Assembly (NCBI GenBank): GCA_963820525.1
Contig: CAWGAA010000001.1
Location: forward strand, 3,104,001 to 3,168,000
DNA: 64,000 nucleotides
DNA from: an uncultured Spirochaetota bacterium
Lineage (GTDB): Bacteria > Spirochaetota > Spirochaetia > SZUA-6 > Fen-1364
Direction: 5' to 3'
In this document: positions 9,140-18,940 of the stretch, piece after piece
How the letters are laid out: the number at the start of each line of letters is the position of its first letter
How positions within the stretch are numbered: position 1 is the first letter of the stretch
Translations under genes and position numbers: made by a program
Notes under the pieces: model-generated
The model's input: the letters and a program-made list of their open reading frames with translations, nothing else
Database searches by the model: none
What the model was told of the DNA's origin: nothing

Positions 9140-11425
9140 ATGAAGACACGGGAGTTGCTCTCGAAAATCGGCCTGACCCGCCTCAAGTCCCAATACCTGG
9201 GGGTGATCTTCATTTTCGCCGTCATCGTGCCCAGCATCCTTCTGGCCGTCCTCTCCATCCGCGCCGCCGGCCGGGAGGAGGCGTACGTGGAGAAGCAGCT
9301 TCAGACCGCGCTCCTGGCGGAGGTCATCCACACCGCCACCCTTGCCGACGCGGAGGTCAAGGAGATGGCCGAAGAGCTTCGCGAGAGCCTGGATGTGCCT
9401 CCGGGCGAAGATGGAGGCTCCGCTCTTTCCCGCTGGAAAGCCGCAACACCTCTGGTAGGCGTTCCCTTCCTCCTGTCCGCCCGCTACGCGATCCTCCAGC
9501 CCCGCCTCTCCGCAACGCTCCATGAGAGCGAGCGCTCATTCCTGGAGGAGAACGCCGAGTTTCTTGCAAACAAGACATCAATCACCCTGTACCGGAACAT
9601 CGCGCTCCTGTACAAAGAGGAGATTCTCGCCGAATCAACGAAGATGAAAAACGAGCCTTCCCGTGCCGACGCGCAGGGCGGGGGGGCTGGCCCCCTCGGT
9701 GAGTCCGCCGCGGAGGAGGCGGCGCAGCAGGCCGCGGGCGGACAACGGGAGACCGCCCCCTCTGTTGAACAGGCAGTCGCGCAGAATGCGGCCCCGCCGG
9801 CTCCGCAGGCCGCCCAGGATGCCGCCTCGGTAGCTGCGCGCCCCGCTGCCATGCAGGCATCTCCCCCGCCGGCTCCGCAGGCCGCCGGGCAGGAGGCTGC
9901 CCCGCGGTCCTTGCAGGCGGCGGAAAACCCTCCTGCCGGTTTTCTGGCCAAGAAGGACAACCTCGAACAGCCGCGGGAGGAGGAAAAACTCAAGGAGTCC
10001 CCCCAGGTTGCCGCAGAGGCGCCCGCTGCCCCAGATCGCGTCCCGTCGTCCTCCTCGGCTCAAAGCGACGTCCTGTCCACCCAGAAGGCGATCGACGTGT
10101 TTACAGCATCCGAGCCGATCCGCCAGAAGGTCTACAGGCAGGCGAAGGAAAAAGGGGAAACGCTCAACAAGCGCATCGTCTCCCCCGCTGCCCAGACATC
10201 AAAGCCCTCCGCGGCCGAGGATCAACAGCAGTCGTTCCTGGTGACGGAAACGGGGAAGTTCAGTCAGATCGCCTCCGGCGCGGAGTACGGAATCATTCCG
10301 CGCTTTGTCGGCGAGCGGATCACCTTCCTTTTCTGGGAGAGGCAGAAGGAAGGGCGAATCGCCGGCTGCGGGATCGACTCGACTGCGTTCAAAGACCGCA
10401 TCGCGGGCGTGATAACAGCCTCCTACTCAACGGCGCGGATCCTCGCCATTCTCGATGAGAGGGGAAATCCGCTTGCCCCCCCGCAGGACGCGGGAAGCCG
10501 CGACTGGCGGCGCCCCTTCGTGTCGCAGGAGATCGGCGAGTCTCTGCCCCGCTGGGAGGCCGCAAGCTATCTCTCGGATCCCCACGAGATTTCCTCCCGC
10601 GCCCACGCATCCTCCCTGGTGATCTGGGTGCTCGTGCTGATCCTCTTCGTCTCCGTGGCCAGCGGCGGCACCCTGGTCCTCACCTCCCTGGCCGGGGAGG
10701 TCCGCCTGGCCCGCAACAAGGCGACCTTCGTGACCAACGTGTCCCACGAGCTGAAAACCCCGCTCACCTCGATCAGCCTCTTCGCGGAGCTCTTGAGGAA
10801 GGGCAAGCGCACAGACCCGCGCAAGGTCGAGCAGTACCTCTCCCAGATCTCGGGGGAAACCGAGCGGCTCACGCGGCTGATAAACAACGTGCTCGATTTT
10901 TCCTCGATGGAGCGGGGCACCAAGAAGTACGCGTGGGCGACCGTCGATATCGCGGACGTCTGCCGCGAGGCGGTCGAAGGCCAGAGAGTCGGGCTTGAGA
11001 GCCGCGGCTTTTCACTTGAGTTCCTCTCGGGCAAAGAGGACCTTTCCGTGAGCGCCGACGCGGAGGCGATCAGGCAGGCGCTCCTCAACCTGCTCTCCAA
11101 CGCGGAAAAGTACTCGCCGCAGAACAAGGAGATCGAGGTCGAGGTGTCGCAGGAAGGGAGTGCCGTCGGGATCCACGTGCGCGACAGGGGGATGGGAGTG
11201 GCGGAGAAGCACAGGGAGCGGATCTTCCAGGAGTTCTTCAGGGCCGACGATTCTCTCACCTCCCGCGTCCGCGGAACCGGCCTGGGGCTTTCCATAGCGC
11301 GGAGGATCGCGCGGGACCACGGAGGCGACATCACCTACAGCCCGCGCCCCGGCGGGGGAAGCGAGTTCACGATCCGGCTGCCCCGCGCCCGAAGCGGCCG
11401 CGCGGAAGGCGGGGAAGAGCCATGA
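9140..11425 (+). CDS. Membrane sensor histidine kinase (HisKA/HATPase) with large extracytoplasmic domain
   Basis: Two TM helices, FVTNVSHELKTPLTSI H-box, NLLSNAEKY, DRGMG, GTGLGL. Confidence 0.93.
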   Translation: MKTRELLSKIGLTRLKSQYLGVIFIFAVIVPSILLAVLSIRAAGREEAYVEKQLQTALLAEVIHTATLADAEVKEMAEELRESLDVPPGEDGGSALSRWKAATPLVGVPFLLSARYAILQPRLSATLHESERSFLEENAEFLANKTSITLYRNIALLYKEEILAESTKMKNEPSRADAQGGGAGPLGESAAEEAAQQAAGGQRETAPSVEQAVAQNAAPPAPQAAQDAASVAARPAAMQASPPPAPQAAGQEAAPRSLQAAENPPAGFLAKKDNLEQPREEEKLKESPQVAAEAPAAPDRVPSSSSAQSDVLSTQKAIDVFTASEPIRQKVYRQAKEKGETLNKRIVSPAAQTSKPSAAEDQQQSFLVTETGKFSQIASGAEYGIIPRFVGERITFLFWERQKEGRIAGCGIDSTAFKDRIAGVITASYSTARILAILDERGNPLAPPQDAGSRDWRRPFVSQEIGESLPRWEAASYLSDPHEISSRAHASSLVIWVLVLILFVSVASGGTLVLTSLAGEVRLARNKATFVTNVSHELKTPLTSISLFAELLRKGKRTDPRKVEQYLSQISGETERLTRLINNVLDFSSMERGTKKYAWATVDIADVCREAVEGQRVGLESRGFSLEFLSGKEDLSVSADAEAIRQALLNLLSNAEKYSPQNKEIEVEVSQEGSAVGIHVRDRGMGVAEKHRERIFQEFFRADDSLTSRVRGTGLGLSIARRIARDHGGDITYSPRPGGGSEFTIRLPRARSGRAEGGEEP
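9792..9886 (+). repeat. 23-bp intragenic direct repeat (PPAPQAA) in the kinase Ala/Gln/Pro-rich insert
   Basis: ccccgccggctccgcaggccgcc at 9792 and 9864, 72-bp period. Confidence 0.8.
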
Positions 11426-12129
11426 AGGAGCGCATCCTGGTGGTCGAGGACGATCCGGCGATCCTCTTGGGGCTTTCGGACCTCCTGGAGGACGAGGGAT
11501 TCGTCGTCGAACAGGTATCCGACGGAAAGGCGGCCCTCGAGTGCTGGGCGCGGGCGAAGCCGGACCTGGTTCTCCTGGACGTGATGATCCCGGAGAAGAG
11601 CGGCTTCGACGTGTGCCGGGAGATCCGCCTCAAGGACTCCCTCACCCCCGTGGTCATGCTGACGGCCAAGGGCGAGGAAGTGGACAAGGTGGTGGGGCTG
11701 GAGCTGGGAGCCGACGACTACGTGGTGAAGCCCTTTGCCGCTGCGGAGCTCCTGGCCCGCATCCGTGCCTGCCTGCGGAGGTCCCGGGCGCGCGCTCATG
11801 AGGGAAGCGGGGCGGGGGAGGAGCGCATCATAGAGTTCGCCGACGTTTCGCTTGACCCGCGCACCCTCATGGGGAGGAAGGGGGAAGCGCGGTTCCCCGT
11901 GTCTCCCCGGGAAATGAAGCTGATGCGGATGTTCGTCCAGCGGGAAGGCGAGGCACTGGACCGGTGCACAATTCTCGACGTCGTGTGGGGAATCCGATAC
12001 GAGGGAACCACGCGGACCCTGGATCAGCACATCGCCGGCCTGCGAAAGAAAGTGGAAGATGATCCCGCCAATCCCCGCTTCATCACGACGGTGCACGGGG
12101 TGGGCTACCGCTTCTCTTCAGAGGGGTGA
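11422..12129 (+). CDS. OmpR-family response regulator
   Basis: REC (VEDD, LLDVM, LTAK, KPF) plus wHTH (TRTLDQHI, TVHGVGY); ATGA overlap with the kinase. Confidence 0.95.
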   Translation: MKERILVVEDDPAILLGLSDLLEDEGFVVEQVSDGKAALECWARAKPDLVLLDVMIPEKSGFDVCREIRLKDSLTPVVMLTAKGEEVDKVVGLELGADDYVVKPFAAAELLARIRACLRRSRARAHEGSGAGEERIIEFADVSLDPRTLMGRKGEARFPVSPREMKLMRMFVQREGEALDRCTILDVVWGIRYEGTTRTLDQHIAGLRKKVEDDPANPRFITTVHGVGYRFSSEG

Positions 12130-12219
12130 GGGGGCGCCGGCGCTGGATACGAGTAGAAAGTCGCGCGGCGGCGGGCGGGGGCGCCGGCCCCGCGAGAGGG
12201 CATCCGGGGCGTCCGCGAG

Positions 12220-12867
12220 TCAAATGGCCAACAGCCGATACAAGACGTCGAAGACGAGGAAGGTGGTCACCCTTCCGATGGGCAGGATGTCGATCTTGGA
12301 GAAGCGCTCCACCACGATGAGGCCGAGGAGCGCGAGGGAGCCGTAGCGGAAAAAGTTCACCGCAGCCGCGGTATTCCAGCGCGTCAGGAACACGGAGATG
12401 AGATGAGAGCCGTCCAGCGGAGGGATGGGAAGCAGGTTGAACAGGGCGAGGCCCAGGTTCATCGCCGCGGCCAGTGTGAACACGGTGAACACCTTGCGAA
12501 GCATATCGGGCGAAGTCGACGGCGCAGCCAGAAGAAACGCCTTGAAGAGGAGCGCCGCGAAGACCGCGAAAAGCACGTTGGAGATCGGACCGGCAAGGGA
12601 TATGAGGATCTCGTCCCGCCTCGGCCTCTTCAGCTTGCTCGTATCGATCCTCACCGGCTTCGCCCAGCCGAATCCCGCGATGATGAGAAGAATGAAGCCG
12701 ACGATGTCGATGTGCGCCATGGGGTTCAGGGTAAGCCTCCCGTCCCGTCTCGGGGTGTCGTCCCCGAGCCTGATAGCCATGAGGGAGTGGGCGAATTCGT
12801 GGACCGTCAGGCTGATCACGATGATGGCGATCCGAAGCAGCAGGTCGGGAAGGGTCAGATTCAACAC
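12220..12867 (-). CDS. Site-2 protease (peptidase M50)
   Basis: HEFAH, GRLTLNP, FGWAKPV, AGPISN, FNLLPIPPLDG; AAGGAG RBS before GTG 12867. Confidence 0.92.
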   Translation of the reverse strand: MLNLTLPDLLLRIAIIVISLTVHEFAHSLMAIRLGDDTPRRDGRLTLNPMAHIDIVGFILLIIAGFGWAKPVRIDTSKLKRPRRDEILISLAGPISNVLFAVFAALLFKAFLLAAPSTSPDMLRKVFTVFTLAAAMNLGLALFNLLPIPPLDGSHLISVFLTRWNTAAAVNFFRYGSLALLGLIVVERFSKIDILPIGRVTTFLVFDVLYRLLAI

Positions 12868-13090
12868 GAACGGGTCTCCTTGAGCCGCATGCCTTGGTGA
12901 AGGACGAGCTTGGCCGCAGTTGGCAACTCTATCAGTACCAGCCGAAGGTCCGCAAGGCCTCGGCTTTCTCCGCTCGAGCCGGCGACGGCCGCTCCCGTGA
13001 AAATCCGCCGCGCGCTCCAGTGGAGCCCGCCGCTGCTGTATCAACCCGCCGCGCTCGCCCCGGCGCAACCCTGCCGCCCATAATGCTTTC

Positions 13091-13693
13091 GTGATAGAAT
13101 CGCCGTACCATACCGTGAGCACAAAATCAGGCGCTGTCTTTCGTTTCATGGCCGCTGCTCTCCTGATCTCTCTCGGCGGCTGCCAGACTCCTGCGCTGGC
13201 AGTTCAAGCTCCCCAGGAGCCCGTCGCAAGGCCTGCGCCCGAATCGCTTTACCTGGAGCCGCTCGCCCTGGGAGACATCCAGCTCTCGGTCACCAGGGGA
13301 AAGGCGTCGGCGGTTTTCGAGGGCAAGGATTTCACGCTGGCGGTTCGCCCGCTCTCTTTTCCCTATGGCGGCAGCTTCCTTATCGTGAGCATCAGAAACA
13401 AGACGGAGCGGGCGCTCAGGTTCAGCGAAGAGGCGACGTATCTGGAAGCCTCCGATGACGGAGAAGTCTGGTCGGAGAGCAAACTGGCCGGCCCCGAGAC
13501 GGGGCGGGATCTCGGTCCCCTGCGCGACTATCAACCTCTGAAGGAATCAGACGTGCTTGCCAAATCCACTTTTGAAGGCTATATCGAGATCGACCTGGAG
13601 GCAGCTCACCCGCGCCACAAGCTCTACAGGCTGAGCCTCGGCGTCGGCGACACGACGACCCTGTTTGAGTTCCTCAGCGTCCCTGCCCAGTAG
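13091..13693 (+). CDS. Hypothetical lipoprotein (start uncertain)
   Basis: Hydrophobic stretch ending LISLGGC (lipobox-like), then a beta-rich body. Confidence 0.6.
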   Translation: MIESPYHTVSTKSGAVFRFMAAALLISLGGCQTPALAVQAPQEPVARPAPESLYLEPLALGDIQLSVTRGKASAVFEGKDFTLAVRPLSFPYGGSFLIVSIRNKTERALRFSEEATYLEASDDGEVWSESKLAGPETGRDLGPLRDYQPLKESDVLAKSTFEGYIEIDLEAAHPRHKLYRLSLGVGDTTTLFEFLSVPAQ

Positions 13694-13755
13694 CAGCATT
13701 GGCCCGCTCCAGACTGGGGCGGGGGCTTCCTCCTGACGCCGCGGCTCTGATTCGG

Positions 13756-16700
13756 TCAGCCGCTGAAATCGAAAAATACTTCCATGCGCTTCACTTTGCC
13801 CGTGCGCTGGAATATCGCCGTGCTCGTTTCGGCGTCGAGCTCCAGCCCGTCGAACGCCTCGAGCGATCCATCGTCGACGCGAACCTCGATGCGCCTGCCT
13901 CCGGACAGGTGAAGGACGACCGGCACCTGGCAGATCGTAAAGGCGAGGGTGCCCGGGCCCAGCTCCAGGACGCTCCGGGCGCCTTCCAGATCGAAGAAGC
14001 GGAATCGTGCCGGGTTTTTCAGGAACTCATCTCGCGCCACCAGGGCGGGGTCGAAAGAAATCCGCCCGCCGACGATGCGCACCCCCATTTCGCCCAATCT
14101 GGTGATGATGTCTTCCTTTACCTGGCCGGTCATGCCGGGCTGCTGCGCGCCGGCGAAGCCGGGCGTGTGGGAGTACGGGTCAGTGGGGATGGCGCCGTAC
14201 TGGCGGGGAGACTTATGCACCCCGATTCCCTCTCGAATATCGCGGTACGCGGTTCTCAAGGAGTCCACCGTTTCGGCGCTTGCGCCGGCCTCTATCGCTC
14301 GCGCCAGCACCTCGTGCACGGCCAAAGCCAGCTTGGAGACCATGTGCCAGTAAACGCAGCCCAGCCCCTCGTACTTGAAAAAAGCTCCGGATCTGCCCGT
14401 GAAAGATTCATGATCGAAGACCTGCTCGTACAGCTCCAGGAGAGTCTTCCCTTCATCTTCCACGAGCGGGCCATACTCCCCCTTCAAGCCCTCCAACGCT
14501 TCCCTGAGAAGCTCCGCGTTCCTGAAAGAGCCGTTGAAGTGGGCTTCTCCTTCAACGTCCCTGATCGCGATGCGCCGGTCTCCCTTTCCGAGCATCTCGC
14601 GCAAAAGCTTCGACTTCTCCACCGCGCGGCCCGGGATCCTGTTTTTCTCGAGGAACCGGGGAAGACGGCGGTCGGGGTAGAGGAGGTAGCTGTTCTGGTC
14701 TTCGCGGTACAGGCGGCTCGAGCGAAGCGTATCGAGAAGCGCGGCAGACTCCTCCGGTGAAAGCGCCCCCGAGCTCAGCACGGCCACCTGCCCCTCGAGC
14801 ATCTCGGAGAGGCGCCGGATCGCGATCCGCTGCCCGTCGATCACTCTCATCACGTTATACGAATGATACAGACCGTCCGGCCGCCTGTTGGCGCGGATCG
14901 AGTGGTCGACGTGCCGAAGCGCAATCCCGGAGAACTCCTCCAGCTCCGAAGCATTCACCGCCACGCGCATCTCTGAGAATCCCCGGGAATAGATCCCGCT
15001 CCTGTAATCGCTTCCGGCCTTTCCCAAAAGGTCCAGGACCGCTTTTCGATCTCGATCCGATATCGGACCATCCAGCAGGGGCGTGGAGTGAAGAAGGGCT
15101 TCGCGCGTCCGCTGGAAGAGCGTGAAAACCTCTTCGGAGATTTCCATCTCCCGCGAAGCGGCCGAGGCGAAAAGGCCGCTTGAGAACGCGAGGAACCTGC
15201 GAAGGTAATAGAGCGTCACCATGGAGACGCCGTAGCCGACGAGCGCGTTGTTCGCGTCGTTCCACTCCGGCCGCTGCGTGTTCATCCAGATGCCGGCCTC
15301 GGGGATGTAGTTGGAAAGCCGCGTGAGCACGAGGAGGAGGAGCTTCTCGGTCAGGTTGACGCGGTAGGGAGAGCCGTCCCGGCTCGAAAGCGACTTGCCT
15401 TCCGCTCCCATCCTGGCCGCGCGGGCCAGGATCTCCTCGCTTCTGGCCGCGGCGAACTCGATGGTCTTTCTGGGATTCTCGAGCATGGCATCGTAGCCCT
15501 TGATGCGGTAGGGGACGTTCGCGTAGGTGAATACGGCCCGTGAGAGCAGGCCGTCGAGGGCATCGGGGTGATAGCGCGTCGACTCTTCCAGCAGCTTCAA
15601 GAGATAGATCACCTGGTGATCTCCCCAATAGCCGATGAACGACCACGCGTCGTGGGGGTTGATCACTTCCCAGTCGAAGCCCTCACGCGTGATCCGGTAG
15701 GGGTTGTAGCCGTCCGCGGTCGACGCATCGACGAACTTGAAGATCATGCTCTCGATGTACCCGGGAAAGGAGAGGCAGAGCGCTTCCCAATTCTGGAAGA
15801 TGTCGCGCCAGTTGCCCTGGTAGTTCCTGATTTTCAACCCGTGCTCGTCCTTCACCTCGATGGCGAAATTGTTCCAGGGCCGGCTGGGGTCGCCGTGGCG
15901 CCGGCTGAAGGTGAGGGGAAGGTACTCGTGGGTCAGCCTCTCCAGGTCGGGATCTCCACGGCCGCGGGCAAGCGCCAGGAGATCGCCATGGAGGATCGTC
16001 TCGGGCAGGGGCGTGAAAAAGTCCCTCTGCTCTTCGGCCACCCTTCGGTTGGCATTCCGCACGAAGGATTCCAGGTCCTGGCGGCTGATGCGGTAGCCGT
16101 CATCGGGCACCCCCCCGCGCATCACGTTGAACAGGGTGTTGGAGAAATGGCGCCAGGTTGCTAGGTGATCTTCAGTGAGCTGGAGGCCGTCGCTGCTTGC
16201 GGCTATCCGCACGAGATTCTCGGTCCCCCGCGCAACGTCGCGCTCTACCTCGGCGGCGAGATCGCCATTCCCCCTCAGGGCCTGGAGAGTCGCTTTCACG
16301 TTCGCGGCGTCCTGGTTCACGTCCGCAACGACGTGCCATTCCCTGCGGCAGTTGGAGGGAAGCGCCAGGCCTGCGCTCACCAGATACGCTCCCCGTCTTC
16401 CGCGGACCTCCGTTTCCTCGAGAACCGACCCCTCGCAGCGAAATCGATCGATCTGGGATACCGAGAGGAGCGTCTTCCTGGACTGAAGCCCGCCGCACCA
16501 GACGGTGGTCACCCTGAGGGCCTCGCTCGGCTCCGCCTTGTCCATGGGAATCGAGCTGAGCTTGAACAACCCCAGACCCGTCTCCGCCTCGAGCTCGCTT
16601 TCCCTGTATCCGTCCGCGAGCGTGCTGTACATGAGCTGGAAACGATTGGTGAGCCCGTAGGGCATGACATTCTGGATGCCGTCGAGAATCTCGACCGCGG

Positions 16701-17217
16701 CCGGATTTCGGCCGTGATTGGCCAGCGCTGCACGCCGGACGAACCCGAAGCGCTCGCTGGTCATCCAGGCGTACGAGAAGGTCATGGAGAGGTCGTGGTT
16801 GGTCTCCTCGAAGATGATCTTGTTGCCGTATGCGCTCTTCATGAGACGGCGCGAGACCCGGTACAGCCCGTCGAAGCGCCGGGAGAACGGCTCCCACAGC
16901 CACGTCTTTCCGCTTCGAGCGACGCGAAGGACCGTCACGCTCCCGGTCTGGTCCTGGCTGTCGTGGATCCGGTCGTCCGTGTAATAGGGGAAGAGAGCGT
17001 GATCCGGGTCCCTGCGGCCCGCGGTGAGCGCGCCATTGCTGGAGATGAACAGCCAGTGATCGGATTCGCTTACCAGGCTCATGAAGAACGGCGGCATGGC
17101 GTCGTAGTTGGCGATGCAGTAGAACGGCTCCCCGTCGATCTCGACGCAACCGCCCTCCACGGGCCGCGAGCCGTCCTTCAAGGCGATGCCGGCCACGGAG
17201 ACGTCACAATCCATCAC
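13756..17217 (-). CDS. GH149 family beta-1,3-glucan phosphorylase
   Basis: 1153 aa; PFFMSLVS..DHWLFISSNG.LTAGR, FSRRHGDPSRPWN, YQGNWRDIFQNWE, MNTQRPEWNDANNALVG, YEGLGCVYWHM, PTDPYSHTP; next to GH16. Confidence 0.85.
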   Translation of the reverse strand: MMDCDVSVAGIALKDGSRPVEGGCVEIDGEPFYCIANYDAMPPFFMSLVSESDHWLFISSNGALTAGRRDPDHALFPYYTDDRIHDSQDQTGSVTVLRVARSGKTWLWEPFSRRFDGLYRVSRRLMKSAYGNKIIFEETNHDLSMTFSYAWMTSERFGFVRRAALANHGRNPAAVEILDGIQNVMPYGLTNRFQLMYSTLADGYRESELEAETGLGLFKLSSIPMDKAEPSEALRVTTVWCGGLQSRKTLLSVSQIDRFRCEGSVLEETEVRGRRGAYLVSAGLALPSNCRREWHVVADVNQDAANVKATLQALRGNGDLAAEVERDVARGTENLVRIAASSDGLQLTEDHLATWRHFSNTLFNVMRGGVPDDGYRISRQDLESFVRNANRRVAEEQRDFFTPLPETILHGDLLALARGRGDPDLERLTHEYLPLTFSRRHGDPSRPWNNFAIEVKDEHGLKIRNYQGNWRDIFQNWEALCLSFPGYIESMIFKFVDASTADGYNPYRITREGFDWEVINPHDAWSFIGYWGDHQVIYLLKLLEESTRYHPDALDGLLSRAVFTYANVPYRIKGYDAMLENPRKTIEFAAARSEEILARAARMGAEGKSLSSRDGSPYRVNLTEKLLLLVLTRLSNYIPEAGIWMNTQRPEWNDANNALVGYGVSMVTLYYLRRFLAFSSGLFASAASREMEISEEVFTLFQRTREALLHSTPLLDGPISDRDRKAVLDLLGKAGSDYRSGIYSRGFSEMRVAVNASELEEFSGIALRHVDHSIRANRRPDGLYHSYNVMRVIDGQRIAIRRLSEMLEGQVAVLSSGALSPEESAALLDTLRSSRLYREDQNSYLLYPDRRLPRFLEKNRIPGRAVEKSKLLREMLGKGDRRIAIRDVEGEAHFNGSFRNAELLREALEGLKGEYGPLVEDEGKTLLELYEQVFDHESFTGRSGAFFKYEGLGCVYWHMVSKLALAVHEVLARAIEAGASAETVDSLRTAYRDIREGIGVHKSPRQYGAIPTDPYSHTPGFAGAQQPGMTGQVKEDIITRLGEMGVRIVGGRISFDPALVARDEFLKNPARFRFFDLEGARSVLELGPGTLAFTICQVPVVLHLSGGRRIEVRVDDGSLEAFDGLELDAETSTAIFQRTGKVKRMEVFFDFSG

Positions 17218-17996
17218 CGCTTCTCCGTCGTGATCTGCACCCAGTCGACAAGCATCCTCGCCTTGTCCTCCTTGATCAAAGCGACCGTGGATGAGGGAAT
17301 GCCCAGGTAGGGAGAGCGGACCCCGTTGGTGTTCACGGGGTAGACGCCGCCCAGGGCGAGGTTGAGGATCAGGTACTTGTCGTTGTCGTATGCCCAGCGG
17401 CCAAAGCGTTCGACGGTTTCCCGCCTCATATCGCGCACCGGCGTTTCATCAACCGTAAAAAGCAGGCTGTCCGGCGTCCACTCCACGGCATACACGTGCC
17501 AGGAGGCGGCGTCCTCGCCCGGCGGGAAAAATCTTTTGGCAACCAGCGCCGAATCCGCGCTGTATCCGGGACCGTGAAGCGCAACGCTCACCCAGTCCGG
17601 CTCGCCCACGTTCTCCATGATGTCGATCTCTCCGGTATCGGGCCATAGCCCCCTCGCGCCCAGAGCCCAGAACGCGGGCCACAGCCCGGGCCCCGACGGC
17701 AGCTTCAGCCGTGCGGCCACTTTCCCATAGCGGAACTCCAGCTTTCCCCGCGTATCTATCCGTCCGGAGATGAAGTCACGCGTCTTTCCTTCGGAGGTGA
17801 CGAACTTTTCCCGGTAGCGCGCGGCGATGACCAGCGCGGCCCCCGCGGCCCCCTGCGCCTCCTCGCCCCGGGCGATAAAGATCGTCTCGGGTGAATCCAC
17901 GTACGCCTGCTCCTCGTTGTTGGGCGGCCGGCCGGACACCGTGACGTTCCAGACCGAACGATCCAGGCCCGATGAAAAATCGTCGAAAAAATGCAT
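17214..17996 (-). CDS. GH16 endo-beta-1,3-glucanase (laminarinase-like), no signal peptide
   Basis: NNEEQAY, GLWPAFWALG, WPDTGEIDIME catalytic motif, WHVYAVEW, LILNLALGG; GAGGAG RBS. Confidence 0.92.
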   Translation of the reverse strand: MHFFDDFSSGLDRSVWNVTVSGRPPNNEEQAYVDSPETIFIARGEEAQGAAGAALVIAARYREKFVTSEGKTRDFISGRIDTRGKLEFRYGKVAARLKLPSGPGLWPAFWALGARGLWPDTGEIDIMENVGEPDWVSVALHGPGYSADSALVAKRFFPPGEDAASWHVYAVEWTPDSLLFTVDETPVRDMRRETVERFGRWAYDNDKYLILNLALGGVYPVNTNGVRSPYLGIPSSTVALIKEDKARMLVDWVQITTEKR

Positions 17997-18061
17997 GTGT
18001 CTCCTCAAAAGTGCGCGGAAGCTGGTCGCGAAGCGCCGGCCGGTGGGGCCAAGCACGACGC

Positions 18062-18940
18062 CTACCCCCGTATGGACCCCTGCAGCACCCCCGCGATGAT
18101 CCATCTCTGGAGAGCGAGGTAGAGCGCTACCATTGGGATCATCAGCATCAGAATCGCCGCCGCCAGTGTGGTCCAATCGTTTCCGAACTGGCCGTAGAAG
18201 ACCATCAAGCCCCGCGTGATGGGCATGAGGGCCTTCTTGGGCAGGTAGATCAACGGCGTCACGTAGTCGTTCCAGATCCCGATCGCGTGCAGCACGATGA
18301 CGCTGGCAAGGGCGGGTTTCATCAGCGGGATCGCTATCCGCGTCACGAAACGGAAATATCCGCACCCGTCCATGGCCGCCGCCTCGTCGAGCTCCCGGGG
18401 AAGCCCGCTGAGATAGTTGATGAGGATCACCACGCCGATGGGATCCACGACGAACAGAAGGATGTACCCCAGGCGCGTATTGTAGAGGTGAAGGCGGAGC
18501 ATCATCTGGAACTGCGGGATCAACGCGTTGGGCAGGAACAGGGCGATCACGAACAGGGTGAAGAAAAAAGAGCTGCCCTTCACGTAGCGCCGTGAAATCG
18601 GGAACGCGACGAATACCGCGGTGATGACGTAGAACGCGGTCGCGATCACGGCATAGAGAAGTGAGTTGGAGACGTACAGGGGGAAGCTCGCCCGGTTCCA
18701 GGCGTTGGGGAAGTTCTCGGCGTGAAAGCCCGTGGCAAGCGAGGTGGGATCGAGATTGAACTCCTGCTTGGTCTTGAGGGCGACGTTGACCACGGTGAAC
18801 ATCGGCACGAGGTAGACGGCGGCCACCACGATGAGCACCGCGTACACGGAGGCGCTTTTACCCAGGCGCTGCCGGAGCGCTTCCCGCCTCATCGCGGGAG
18901 CGCGGGCGGCGGAATCGCCGCGTTCAGGTGTCGTGTTCAT
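18062..18940 (-). CDS. Carbohydrate ABC transporter permease (MalG-like)
   Basis: ELDEAAAMDG EAA motif, WNDY, multiple TM helices. Confidence 0.93.
   Translation of the reverse strand: MNTTPERGDSAARAPAMRREALRQRLGKSASVYAVLIVVAAVYLVPMFTVVNVALKTKQEFNLDPTSLATGFHAENFPNAWNRASFPLYVSNSLLYAVIATAFYVITAVFVAFPISRRYVKGSSFFFTLFVIALFLPNALIPQFQMMLRLHLYNTRLGYILLFVVDPIGVVILINYLSGLPRELDEAAAMDGCGYFRFVTRIAIPLMKPALASVIVLHAIGIWNDYVTPLIYLPKKALMPITRGLMVFYGQFGNDWTTLAAAILMLMIPMVALYLALQRWIIAGVLQGSIRG

Noticed and set aside
12894..12935. LVKDELGRSWQL peptide reminiscent of threonyl-tRNA synthetase
   Set aside because: Only 12 residues and the similarity stops; cannot be separated from chance without a search
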